This document shows, in pieces, positions 52,914-62,470 of a stretch of 64,000 nt of DNA. The DNA lies in assembly GCA_965216785.1 (NCBI GenBank), contig OZ244197.1, forward strand, positions 2,912,001 through 2,976,000, in the 5' to 3' direction. The stretch comes from Thermodesulfobacteriota bacterium (GTDB taxonomy: Bacteria > Desulfobacterota_D > UBA1144 > Nemesobacterales > UBA2774). Numbering within the stretch: position 1 is the first letter of the stretch; each line of letters begins with the position of its first letter. The translations under genes were made by a program, and so were the position numbers. The notes under the pieces were generated by a model. The model did not search any database. It saw only the letters and a program-made list of their open reading frames with translations, and was not told where the DNA came from.

Positions 52914-53465
52914 ATGGGTTTTATTAGAACGCTTATATTCGTAATAATAATTCTAATAATCGGCGTTTTGGTCTTTATCTACTCGGGCACTTACAATGTA
53001 GCCGCTACGAATCCCGACCATTTTATCGTTGAATGGATACTAAAGACGACAAAGGATTACTCCGTAAAAAAACACTCGGAAAACATAGAGAGACCAAAGC
53101 TCAACGACGAGACCTTGGTGAAACAGGGTTATGATCACTATGAAGATATGTGCGTAGGCTGCCACGGGGCCCCGGGCAAAGACCCTGCCGAAGGATTTAA
53201 CCCGAGCCCTCCGCTGCTCTCAGATGCTGCGGAAGAGATGAGCTCCGCTGAGCTTTTTTGGATTACGAAGAACGGAATAAAAATGACCGCCATGCCGGCT
53301 TTCGGATTGTTTCACAGCGACGAAGAGATATGGTCCATAGTTGCGTTTATAAAAACTCTGCCCGATCTTACCCCAGAGACCTATGAAAAACCAAAACAAC
53401 AAAGTCAGCCTAGCTTAGAGGATTTCACTGAGGAAGATTTTACTGAAGAGGAGCATAAGCACTAA
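52914..53465 (+). CDS. Membrane-anchored monoheme cytochrome c
   Basis: CVGCHGAPG heme motif, FWITKNGIKMTAMP; AGGAGG 7 nt before ATG 52914. Confidence 0.88.
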   Translation: MGFIRTLIFVIIILIIGVLVFIYSGTYNVAATNPDHFIVEWILKTTKDYSVKKHSENIERPKLNDETLVKQGYDHYEDMCVGCHGAPGKDPAEGFNPSPPLLSDAAEEMSSAELFWITKNGIKMTAMPAFGLFHSDEEIWSIVAFIKTLPDLTPETYEKPKQQSQPSLEDFTEEDFTEEEHKH

Positions 53466-53519
53466 ATTTATGGCTCATTACGTGTGGTTGATCTTAATTG
53501 CTTAGGTATCATTAAAAAG

Positions 53520-55220
53520 TCAGGCAACCTCAATTCTGTCCCGCCCTTGTCTCTTTGCCCTGTAAAGCGCTTTGTCCGCAGACTCAAGAAGAGACTCAGC
53601 CGAGTTTCCGTGCTCTGAAAAAACAACAACACCCATAGATACGTTAACGGAATTGATTAAACTCCCGCGATGCCATATGCGGAGCTGTTTAATTTCTTCA
53701 CGTATCTGCTCTGCCCTGCGCCGGGTGTTTTCGAGTGATGATTCAGGCATAATGAGCACGAATTCCTCTCCCCCGTAGCGGCAGGCAATATCTTCACGCC
53801 TTACATGTTCCTTAAAAAACGAGCCCAGGCTTCTGAGAAGCGCATCTCCAGCGGCATGCCCGTAAGAATCGTTAAAGCGCTTAAAGTGATCTATATCAGC
53901 CATAATTAGCCCTAGAGGGTTCTTTTTACGAGTAACCCTGCTGAGCTCACGCTTTAATGTTTCCTCCATATAGCGTCTGTTAAAAAGACCTGTAAGAGAA
54001 TCATATACAGCCTGAGTGCCCAGTTTTTCTCGGTGTTTGAGGTTAGATATAGCAAGCCCCGAATGCTTGGCTATGGTTGAGAGTATGTACTGCTTATCTA
54101 AGCTTCCTAACTTTTCGTATTCCAATTCGTTCTTAGGCTCTCCCGCTTCTTGAATATATATGAGCCCAAGTGCTTTACTCCCCGCGGAAATAGGAGCGCA
54201 TAGATAGTTAAACGGATCTCCTTCCACTATATGTTGGCAATACAGCTCTTTACTAGAGCTAGTGCCTGAGTGTATCCTGCCCAGTCTCAACCCCCAGCAC
54301 ATCTCGGGACTAAAGGAATGCTCGCTCCTTTCCCCCTCCCCCCAGGTTACGACGTCTTGTAACAGATTAAGAGCTTCGTTTAATACAAAGAGTGCACCTG
54401 TGGTTTTGGGGAATAGTTTCAGGACGTAGTTTTTCATTATTGTATAGATGTCCTGGTCACTATTAGCGGCTTGAAGAAGCTCATCCATCTCACAGAGCAA
54501 GACAAGCTGCTTACTTTGAGTTTCTAATTTATTCACCCAGTCTGATAAATCTTTTTCGCCCAGAGACGTAGCTTGAACATACTCTTTTTCTATATCCTCT
54601 TCGATAACAGTTCTTACTGTATCTTCTGTCTCATCATGAGAAGTTTGAGGCTTACTCACAGGATCATGCTTAGTTAAGTCGATCACGGGAGCCTTAGGCT
54701 CTAGGCGGTCTTTTCTTTGCTCGAGCAGCACCATCACTTGCTTCGCTATTGTTTTAAGAAGAGAAAGCTGCTCAAAGCTAAGGTCTTTAGGCTTATACCC
54801 CAATACAGTAAGGCTTCCGATTTTACTCCCGTCTAAGTCAACTAACGGAACGCCCGCGTACAAATCTATATCGTTAATGGATCTGATTAAGGGGTTTACA
54901 CAAAGTATTTTGTCGCTTTTGGGACTGAAAACCGAAAGAAACTCCTCTGTTTCAGATACTAACAGTGAACCGAACGAGCTCTCAAGCGGAATATCCCTCT
55001 TGTTTATATCGATACCGACCGCTGACTTAATCCATTCTCTGTCTTTATCTATGAAAGTTATTAAAGCGATCGGAGTCTTGCAAACAAAAGCCGCTAGACG
55101 TGCAAGCTCATCGTATGCTTCTTCAGGCTCAGTGTCAAGAATCCTGAAGCTCAGTAAAGACCTTTCCCTATCAGTCTCCCTTCTTTCAATGTTCATATCT
55201 CTATTCTGCATACCAGTCAA
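53520..55220 (-). CDS. GAF-domain diguanylate cyclase
   Basis: N-terminal GAF (ILDTEPEEAYDEL), second GAF-like region (CWGLR), DSLTGLFNRR, RRED I-site and GGEEF. Confidence 0.93.
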   Translation of the reverse strand: MTGMQNRDMNIERRETDRERSLLSFRILDTEPEEAYDELARLAAFVCKTPIALITFIDKDREWIKSAVGIDINKRDIPLESSFGSLLVSETEEFLSVFSPKSDKILCVNPLIRSINDIDLYAGVPLVDLDGSKIGSLTVLGYKPKDLSFEQLSLLKTIAKQVMVLLEQRKDRLEPKAPVIDLTKHDPVSKPQTSHDETEDTVRTVIEEDIEKEYVQATSLGEKDLSDWVNKLETQSKQLVLLCEMDELLQAANSDQDIYTIMKNYVLKLFPKTTGALFVLNEALNLLQDVVTWGEGERSEHSFSPEMCWGLRLGRIHSGTSSSKELYCQHIVEGDPFNYLCAPISAGSKALGLIYIQEAGEPKNELEYEKLGSLDKQYILSTIAKHSGLAISNLKHREKLGTQAVYDSLTGLFNRRYMEETLKRELSRVTRKKNPLGLIMADIDHFKRFNDSYGHAAGDALLRSLGSFFKEHVRREDIACRYGGEEFVLIMPESSLENTRRRAEQIREEIKQLRIWHRGSLINSVNVSMGVVVFSEHGNSAESLLESADKALYRAKRQGRDRIEVA

Positions 55221-55394
55221 CGCTTAAAAAGAAGATTTACCCAGTCCCAACATGCTAGAGTTCTATTATATCATAACATTGCGGATTTTAGTCTAATATT
55301 TTAATCCCTCTTGAATCCTGACACATAAGATATGAAAGAGACGCATTATTAGATATAATATCTACAGTATATCTAAGCTTTTTACATATCTCTC

Positions 55395-55961
55395 ATGAAA
55401 TTTTTCCGCACCGCAAACAGCGTTATAGTATTCTTAATTATTTTAGTCTTTATCATTCTACTCGGATATTCCATATTCGGCAATAAGGAAGCGCCCAAAC
55501 CATCTCCGCTGATAGGAAAGGTAGCGCCTGATTTTACACTCAACTTATTTGACGGTACCGAGCTCGCACTATCGGAATTAAAGGGGAAAGCAGTGCTTGT
55601 AAATTTCTGGGCATCATGGTGCATGCCCTGCCGTCAGGAAGCCCGCGCGCTGGAGAATTCTTGGCAGAAATACAAAGACGACGGTGTTGTATTTATAGGA
55701 GTAAATGTTTGGGACGACAGCTCTAACGCCCGCAAGTATATGAATACATTCGGAGGCGCCTACCCTCACGGTGTTGACCCGGATGAAGAAATTCAGGTGG
55801 ATTACGGTGTCGGGGGCGTGCCTGAAACCTATTTTATCGATTCCTCCGGCTTCGTCAGAGATAAATTCACCGGGCCGCTTACAGAGCAAATAATAGATTA
55901 TTATGTTACAAGGACTAAAGAGCAAAGAGATAGCAATATTGAAAATGCAAATAAACAATAA
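55395..55961 (+). CDS. TlpA/CcmG(DsbE)-like thioredoxin
   Basis: TM anchor, SPLIGKVAPDF, VNFWASWCMPC, YGVGGVPETYFID. Confidence 0.9.
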   Translation: MKFFRTANSVIVFLIILVFIILLGYSIFGNKEAPKPSPLIGKVAPDFTLNLFDGTELALSELKGKAVLVNFWASWCMPCRQEARALENSWQKYKDDGVVFIGVNVWDDSSNARKYMNTFGGAYPHGVDPDEEIQVDYGVGGVPETYFIDSSGFVRDKFTGPLTEQIIDYYVTRTKEQRDSNIENANKQ

Positions 55962-55962
55962 T

Positions 55963-56442
55963 ATGAGATACTTTAGACTGATTATTACCTTGGCAATTTT
56001 TGGAAACCTAATAATCTTAGGGCCCTCGCACTCTCAGGAAAAGACTATTGACGATCAGGTGAACGAAATCGCAAACTCGCTATTGTGCCCGGTTTGCCAG
56101 GGTCAGAGCGTGGGGGAGAGTAATTCGAACCTTGCTAATGACATGAGGCAGGTGATCAGGAAAAAGCTACAGGAAGGACAGACTAAGGAAGAGATCATGG
56201 CATATTTCGTGAATACTTACGGCGAGACAATACTCGGATCGCCCCCGGCAAAGGGAGTGAATTGGTTTCTATGGATTTTACCGGGACTTGCAATAGTGCT
56301 TGGAATTTTCGGGATCGGAATTTTTCTTTACAAAGCAGGGTCAAACAAAGAAGAGAGCTCTATAGTTTCAGAAAAAAGCACTCTACAAAGCGACAGTGAA
56401 TACCTTGAAAAAATAGACGAAGAGCTTAAAAGCGATTCATAA
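55963..56442 (+). CDS. ccmH: Cytochrome c biogenesis protein CcmH/NrfF-like
   Basis: LLCPVCQGQSVGESN, YGETIL..PP, WILP; ATG at 55963 preferred. Confidence 0.9.
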   Translation: MRYFRLIITLAIFGNLIILGPSHSQEKTIDDQVNEIANSLLCPVCQGQSVGESNSNLANDMRQVIRKKLQEGQTKEEIMAYFVNTYGETILGSPPAKGVNWFLWILPGLAIVLGIFGIGIFLYKAGSNKEESSIVSEKSTLQSDSEYLEKIDEELKSDS

Positions 56443-56458
56443 GTTTAGTTAGCGTGAT

Positions 56459-57388
56459 CTAAGAGTTAAATTGCTCTTTCGCTAGGCTTATAATTTTATT
56501 CCTATCCTCAGGCAGTCTTACCCACTTTATTTCACTATCGTTTCTAAGCCAGGTCATCTGGCGCTTTGCAAACCTTTTAGTGTCACGTTTTATATGCTCT
56601 ATGGCTTGATCAAACGAAATGTCTCCGTCCAGATATTGATTTATCTGTTTATAGCCGATTGACTGCATGGGCTTAAGCTCGCTACTATAGCCCATATCCC
56701 TAATTCTCCGCACTTCCTCGACAAACCCTCGCTCGAGCATATAGTCAACCCGCTTGTCAATCTTTTCCCTGAGCTCTTCACGATCTATTGAAATTCCGAT
56801 TTTTATATAATCATAGCTGCTCTCGCTGAAACCATGGCGATCCTGGAGCTCTGAGATTCTCTGTCCGCTCTGATAATAAACCTCAAGCGCCCGCTCAATT
56901 CTTATATAATCGTTCGAGTGTATCTTTTCTGCAGCTTGGGGGTCAACTGACTTTAGCTTGCTGTATAGATGTTCAGTGCCTAAAGACGTGTTCTCTTTTT
57001 TAAGGTCTGCGCGAATGCTAGTGTCGGTGGGGATTGCTTCAATAAGCCCGGAAAGGAGTATTTTAACATACAGATAAGTGCCGCCGGAGACAATAATGTT
57101 CTGCCGCTTTTTTTGAAGCTCTCCGATTACAGCATCCGCATGCCCTTTAAACATACCCGCATTAAATTGCTCTGCAGGATCTACAATATCCAATAGATGG
57201 TGCTCTACACTCTCTTGGTCCTCTGCTGAGGGTTTAGCGGTACCAATGTCGAAATATCTGTAGACTTGAAGAGAGTCGGCGCTCAGAATCTGGGCTTTGA
57301 GCTCATGCGCTACGTCCATGGTGAGCGCGCTCTTCCCAGAAGCTGTAGGGCCGAGTATGACAAGTAATTTAGGCTTTTTCCCGTTCAC
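56459..57388 (-). CDS. miaA: tRNA dimethylallyltransferase
   Basis: GPTASGKS, SADSLQVY..DIGTAKP, IGYKQ, FAKRQMTW. Confidence 0.97.
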   Translation of the reverse strand: MNGKKPKLLVILGPTASGKSALTMDVAHELKAQILSADSLQVYRYFDIGTAKPSAEDQESVEHHLLDIVDPAEQFNAGMFKGHADAVIGELQKKRQNIIVSGGTYLYVKILLSGLIEAIPTDTSIRADLKKENTSLGTEHLYSKLKSVDPQAAEKIHSNDYIRIERALEVYYQSGQRISELQDRHGFSESSYDYIKIGISIDREELREKIDKRVDYMLERGFVEEVRRIRDMGYSSELKPMQSIGYKQINQYLDGDISFDQAIEHIKRDTKRFAKRQMTWLRNDSEIKWVRLPEDRNKIISLAKEQFNS

Positions 57389-57411
57389 AATTGGCTTAAA
57401 CAGGAAGGTAA

Positions 57412-57439
57412 GCCCTTGTGCGTGAAAGCGCTCAAGGGC
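57412..57439 (-). terminator. Stem-loop after pnp
   Basis: gcccttg-t-gcg-loop-cgc-t-caagggc immediately after the pnp stop. Confidence 0.6.
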
Positions 57440-57446
57440 CTTTTAA

Positions 57447-59582
57447 TTAAGATCCTGTGTTGTCTCTATAATTATCTATATCTTCGTCCAGCGCCTGTTT
57501 TCTGCTGAGCCTAACTTTGCCGTCATGCTCTTTTCCAATGCACTTAACAAGCACTTCATCTTTCTCGTTTAGGATATCCGTTACTTTGTTCACCCTGTTG
57601 GGCGCAAGCTCTGAAATATGTACAAGGCCGTCTTTACCACCGCCGAGTCCGCTTCCAAGCTCGACTATTGCGCCGAAATCAAGGATCTTCTTCACGCGGC
57701 CCAGATAAATCTTTCCGACCTCGAGCTCTGAAACAATGTCCTCAACAATAGCTTGGGCTTTAGCGCAAGCCTCTGAATCAGGTGATGCGATATTAACAGT
57801 TCCGGCATCATCTATATCTATCTGCACACCGGTTAATTCCACAATCTTCTTAATGGTCTTACCACCAGAGCCGATAACGTCTTTTATCTTATTCTGGTCT
57901 ATCTGAAGCGATATGATTCTAGGTGCGTATTTAGATATATCCTCTCTTGGTGTAGACATAATTTTGTTCATTTCTTCAAGCACGTGCAGCCTGGCGCCGT
58001 TTGCCTGATCAAGAGCTTTTGTCAGTATTTCCTTGGTGACACCCGTGACTTTGATATCCATTTGAAGAGCGGTTATACCGTCTTTTGTGCCGGCTACTTT
58101 AAAATCCATATCCCCCAAATGGTCTTCGTCCCCCAGGATATCCGAGAGGATAACAAAATCATCGCCCTCTTTAATGAGCCCCATTGCAATGCCGCTTACA
58201 GGAGCTGAAATCGGCACTCCAGCGTCAAGAAGTGAGAGAGTACCTCCGCATATCGTAGCCATTGAGGACGAGCCGTTTGACTCTAGAACTTCAGAGACTA
58301 TACGTATCGTATAGGGGAAGTCTTCCCTGTCAGGCAGAACAGCCTTGATTGCCCTTTCCGCAAGGGCCCCGTGTCCTATCTCCCTTCTTCCCGGCCCCAG
58401 TCTGAAACTGGTTTCACCCACAGAGTACGGCGGGAAGTTATAGTGAAGCATGAAAGTCTTTGTGATATCACCTTCGAGCGAGTCTATCCTCTGCTGATCA
58501 AACTTGGTCCCTAGGGTTGCGGTAACAGCCGCCTGAGTTTCACCTCTGGTGAATACTGAGGAGCCATGAACCCTGGGAAGAAAACCTACTTCACCGCTTA
58601 TATCTCTTATGTCTGTGTAGCCCCTTTCATCGAGCCTTCTCTTGTCATTTACTATCATTCCCCTGACTGAATTTTTGACAAGCTCCTCGAACGGTTTTGA
58701 GATATCTATTTCTTCTCTATCAGGATACTCAGAGCTCATATATTCCTGAGTCTCTGTAAAAACATTTTTGATACGTTCTTTTCTTTCGGTTTTAGAAGCG
58801 ATGACTATCGATTCCTCGAGTTTGTCTTTTGCGAACGAGACGACTTTAGCATTAAATTCCTCATCTACTTCCGGGGGAGTCAACACTCTTTTTTCTATAT
58901 TTAAGCCGCTGATCAAATCTTCCTGAACTTTAATGAACTCCTGAATGCAGGAGTGTGCGAACATCAGGGCGTCTACGACATCATTTTCAGGAACTTCCTG
59001 CGCCCCGCCTTCAACCATTACTATGGCTTCCTTAGTCCCCGCTACGATAATATTCATATCGCTCTCTTCAAGCTCAGCTTTTGTAGGATTGCAAATGAAT
59101 TCTCCAGCGATTCTGGCCACTCTTACGGCGGCTAGAGGACCTTCGAATGGAACGTCTGAGAGCATGAGCGCTGCTGAAGCTGCTGTTACGGAAAGGACAT
59201 CAGGATCGTGGTCCGCGTCCGCAGAGAATACCGTTACAATAATCTGCGTCTGGTATGTAAAGTCTTTTGTTATAAGCGGCCTGATGGGTCTGTCAATAAG
59301 CCTTGAGGTTAAAACCTCTTTTTCATTCGGCCTTCCTTCCCTTTTGAAGAAACCGCCGGGTATTTTCCCCGCGGCAGCCGATTTTTCCTGGTAATTAACT
59401 GTAAGAGGCAGAAAATCCTCTCCTTCCGCTTTCTCAGAGGCAGCAACTACAGTTGCCAAAACCACAGTGTCTTCGTAACGGGCTAATACCGCACCATTGG
59501 CTTGTTTAGCTAGTGTTCCGGTTTCAAGCCCAAAATTTTTATTGTAAATTTGAGCTTCAACCTTTTTAGGTTGATTAATCAA
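57447..59582 (-). CDS. pnp: Polyribonucleotide nucleotidyltransferase
   Basis: GKIPGGFFKREGRP, RREIGHG, ESNGSSSMA, GDMDFKVAGT, KH and S1 domains. Confidence 0.99.
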   Translation of the reverse strand: MINQPKKVEAQIYNKNFGLETGTLAKQANGAVLARYEDTVVLATVVAASEKAEGEDFLPLTVNYQEKSAAAGKIPGGFFKREGRPNEKEVLTSRLIDRPIRPLITKDFTYQTQIIVTVFSADADHDPDVLSVTAASAALMLSDVPFEGPLAAVRVARIAGEFICNPTKAELEESDMNIIVAGTKEAIVMVEGGAQEVPENDVVDALMFAHSCIQEFIKVQEDLISGLNIEKRVLTPPEVDEEFNAKVVSFAKDKLEESIVIASKTERKERIKNVFTETQEYMSSEYPDREEIDISKPFEELVKNSVRGMIVNDKRRLDERGYTDIRDISGEVGFLPRVHGSSVFTRGETQAAVTATLGTKFDQQRIDSLEGDITKTFMLHYNFPPYSVGETSFRLGPGRREIGHGALAERAIKAVLPDREDFPYTIRIVSEVLESNGSSSMATICGGTLSLLDAGVPISAPVSGIAMGLIKEGDDFVILSDILGDEDHLGDMDFKVAGTKDGITALQMDIKVTGVTKEILTKALDQANGARLHVLEEMNKIMSTPREDISKYAPRIISLQIDQNKIKDVIGSGGKTIKKIVELTGVQIDIDDAGTVNIASPDSEACAKAQAIVEDIVSELEVGKIYLGRVKKILDFGAIVELGSGLGGGKDGLVHISELAPNRVNKVTDILNEKDEVLVKCIGKEHDGKVRLSRKQALDEDIDNYRDNTGS

Positions 59583-59601
59583 TACAATTCCTCCTTAAAC
59601 C

Positions 59602-59871
59602 CTACTTTCTAAGTCCGAGTTTTTGAATTAGGTCCGGATATGTCTCCGGCTTATTTCTTTTAATGTAATTTAATAGTCTCCTTCGCTTAGCAACCATAGA
59701 TACAAGACCCCTTCTTGAATGTACGTCTTTCGGGGCTTGCTCCATGTGCACGGAGAGATCCTTAATTCGGCGGGACAATACCGCCACCTGTACTTCAGCA
59801 GAGCCTACGTCCTTATCATGATTTGCGTACTCACTCATAAGCTCTGATTTTTCTTCTTTATCAAGTACCAT
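59602..59871 (-). CDS. rpsO: 30S ribosomal protein S15
   Basis: DVGSAEVQVA, KDVHSRRGL, LGLRK. Confidence 0.98.
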   Translation of the reverse strand: MVLDKEEKSELMSEYANHDKDVGSAEVQVAVLSRRIKDLSVHMEQAPKDVHSRRGLVSMVAKRRRLLNYIKRNKPETYPDLIQKLGLRK

Positions 59872-59922
59872 TGTAAAGCCTCCTTCGACTTCCGTAAAAA
59901 GTTATATTTTCCATTATTCTCT

Positions 59923-60834
59923 TCAGTTAAATACTCTTAAAAGCTTTAGTAAAACCATTTCTCCATCAAGAGAGTTTACCTCAGTAGAATCCGCTTGTGC
60001 TTCTGTTATAGAAACCAAGTCCTGACCGGTATATATCTTAACACGGTCACCCACCTTAAAATGCGGCAACTCATCTCTATACAGATGAGACACTGTAATT
60101 TGCTTGCCGTCCCTTATTTCCTTGGCCAACGTATCCGTAATATTTAAACGAGGCAAGTGCGGTAGAGCTTCATTTATATCCCTGAAATGCCCTGAGCCTG
60201 TTTCAAGCTCTTCGAACGTGACCGCGTCATCTATAGTAAAACCTTCGCTCTTTGTCCTTCTGAGCTCTTTTAAATGACCGCCGCATCCAAGCTCTTCCGC
60301 TATGTCGGAAGCGAGCACTCTAATATAAGTGCCACGGGAACATTCTACCATAAATTTCAAATAAGGTGGACTGAACTCTAATAGCTCAATCTCTTTTACA
60401 ACTACAGTCCTCGATTTTCTTTCTACTTCTATTCCTTTACGCGCGTACTCATACAGCCTTACGCCGTCCTTCTTAATAGCTGAGTACATCGGAGGAACCT
60501 GGTTTATTTTACCCTTATATTTAGAAAATACAGCAGTAACCGTATTTTTATCTATATCCGGGACTTCGGATTCTCCAGTCACTTCGCCTGTAGCATCGAG
60601 TGTATCGGTAGAAATACCCAGCTCCAAAACACCTTCGTATTTCTTAAATCCGCCGTACATAAAGGGTATAATTTTAGTCGCCTGGTTTATGCAGATGGGC
60701 AGCACCCCGGTTGCAAAAGGATCAAGCGTGCCAGTATGGCCTGATTTCGCGATTTTCAAGATCCTGTTCACAGTACTTACAGCCTGCTGTGAAGTAATAC
60801 CCTTTGGCTTATCTAAAACAATAACACCGTTCAT
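59923..60834 (-). CDS. truB: tRNA pseudouridine(55) synthase
   Basis: GHTGTLDPFATGVL, PPMYSAIK, CSRGTYIR. Confidence 0.97.
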   Translation of the reverse strand: MNGVIVLDKPKGITSQQAVSTVNRILKIAKSGHTGTLDPFATGVLPICINQATKIIPFMYGGFKKYEGVLELGISTDTLDATGEVTGESEVPDIDKNTVTAVFSKYKGKINQVPPMYSAIKKDGVRLYEYARKGIEVERKSRTVVVKEIELLEFSPPYLKFMVECSRGTYIRVLASDIAEELGCGGHLKELRRTKSEGFTIDDAVTFEELETGSGHFRDINEALPHLPRLNITDTLAKEIRDGKQITVSHLYRDELPHFKVGDRVKIYTGQDLVSITEAQADSTEVNSLDGEMVLLKLLRVFN

Positions 60835-61817
60835 CCGAGCGCCTCATTTACATAGTCATATACTTTTCTAATTACGTCACTAAGCTCGCCCGACACATTA
60901 CATCCGGCCGCTTTTTTGTGTCCGCCTCCTCCGAAGTGCTCTGCGATCCTGGATACGTCCACATCTCCTTTGGATCTGAGACTCACCTTCCACGAGGGGG
61001 CCAGGTTACTATTTTCCTGTCTGAATAATAGAGCAACCTCAATACCCTTAATACTGCGTGGGATGTTTACCATACCCTCGGTATCTTCCCTGTCTGTTCC
61101 GGTCATCTCATACATTGAACGGTCAACATAGACCGAAGCTACACGATTATCGTTTGCCACATGCAGAGTGGGTAATACGAGCCCCAAGAGTTTAAGCTTT
61201 TTAAGAGGCTCACTTTCATACAGGGCCTGGGATATACTCTCGGGCTCAGCGCCCGCATGGACTAGCTCGGCCGCAATCCCAAAGGTTTCTGAATTAGTGT
61301 TTGAATATCTAAATGACCCGGTGTCGCCTACAATTGTGGTGTAAAGATTCTCCGCAATTGAGGAATCTATCTCTACACCGATATCTTTCAGTATGAAATA
61401 GATCAACACACCTGTTGATGAAGCATCTGGATCAAGCAGACTCAAATGCTCTTCTGAGCCTGTAGTCTGATGATGGTCTATTATTACAACTTTTGAGCAT
61501 CTCCCTGTAGAAAGAAACTCTTGAAACTCCCTGCCCGCTCTATCTGTAGTCGGACAATCGACAACAAAGCACAAATCAAAGCTGCCCTCTATTTCATCTA
61601 TTGAGCTTATGATGGAATCAGAATGCGGCAGGAACGTTAGGACATCGGATACACCGTCTTTATTGTATAAAACTACTTCTTTACCTAATTTTTTTAAACC
61701 CAGCCCGAGTGAAAGCATTGATCCCAGTGCATCGCCATCAGGATTCTCATGTGATGTTATTAATAACCTCTGAGCCCCTCTAATCGCCTCGGCAATTTCT
61801 TTTATTTTATTCCTCAC
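60831..61817 (-). CDS. DHH-family phosphoesterase (NrnA-like)
   Basis: HENPDGDALGS, IDHH, DTGSF, GGGGHKKAAG. Confidence 0.93.
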   Translation of the reverse strand: MRNKIKEIAEAIRGAQRLLITSHENPDGDALGSMLSLGLGLKKLGKEVVLYNKDGVSDVLTFLPHSDSIISSIDEIEGSFDLCFVVDCPTTDRAGREFQEFLSTGRCSKVVIIDHHQTTGSEEHLSLLDPDASSTGVLIYFILKDIGVEIDSSIAENLYTTIVGDTGSFRYSNTNSETFGIAAELVHAGAEPESISQALYESEPLKKLKLLGLVLPTLHVANDNRVASVYVDRSMYEMTGTDREDTEGMVNIPRSIKGIEVALLFRQENSNLAPSWKVSLRSKGDVDVSRIAEHFGGGGHKKAAGCNVSGELSDVIRKVYDYVNEALG

Positions 61818-62163
61818 TACTTATACCTCTTAGTATTTCATCCACTTTGTAGCCCTCTACCAGGGCGCTGTCGAAGCTGAATTTAAGCTCCGGTATCCGT
61901 CTCATTTTGAGTCTTTTCGCAAGTCTCCCTTTAATAAAACCTTTTGCGCTCTGAAGTCCTTTAAGAGCCTCATCTTTATCACCTGTATCCTCCATGACTG
62001 TAAAAAAAATCTCCGCAAGGCTGAGGTTATCCACAACTTTAATCCCCGTGATAAAAACAGAGCTTAACCTCGGGTCTTTAATCTCTCCCTTTACAATCAT
62101 CTGAGACACTTCTTTAACAATAGAATCCGCGACTCTTTCAGAGCGTTTATAGCCTGTCGTCAA
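61807..62163 (-). CDS. rbfA: Ribosome-binding factor A
   Basis: RSERVA, IKDPRL, MRRIPELKF.FD. Confidence 0.95.
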   Translation of the reverse strand: MTTGYKRSERVADSIVKEVSQMIVKGEIKDPRLSSVFITGIKVVDNLSLAEIFFTVMEDTGDKDEALKGLQSAKGFIKGRLAKRLKMRRIPELKFSFDSALVEGYKVDEILRGISSEE

Positions 62164-62462
62164 TTACTACTCCTAAAATGAATAATTTCAAAATCCCTCT
62201 CCCCCAGTCTTACAAGACCTGTTGAGTCTATAAACCCGGTTACCTGATCAAGGATAGAATTCACGTAAGCTGTCTCATTGCTTACAAAAGATATACCTAT
62301 TGTTGCCTTTTGCCAAAGATCGAGTGAATCTACCTCAGAGATTGAAACGTTATTGTATCTTGATTTGACTCGCTGGATTAAACCTTTAAGGATTTGTCTT
62401 TTGTCTTTCAGGGATCTGGTTCCCGTCAGATATAGCTCAATTCTTAGTATTCCTATCACCAT
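62160..62462 (-). CDS. DUF503 (YlxP-like) protein
   Basis: SLKDKRQIL, NVSISEV...DLWQ; between infB and rbfA. Confidence 0.9.
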   Translation of the reverse strand: MVIGILRIELYLTGTRSLKDKRQILKGLIQRVKSRYNNVSISEVDSLDLWQKATIGISFVSNETAYVNSILDQVTGFIDSTGLVRLGERDFEIIHFRSSN

Positions 62463-62470
62463 TTAACAAC

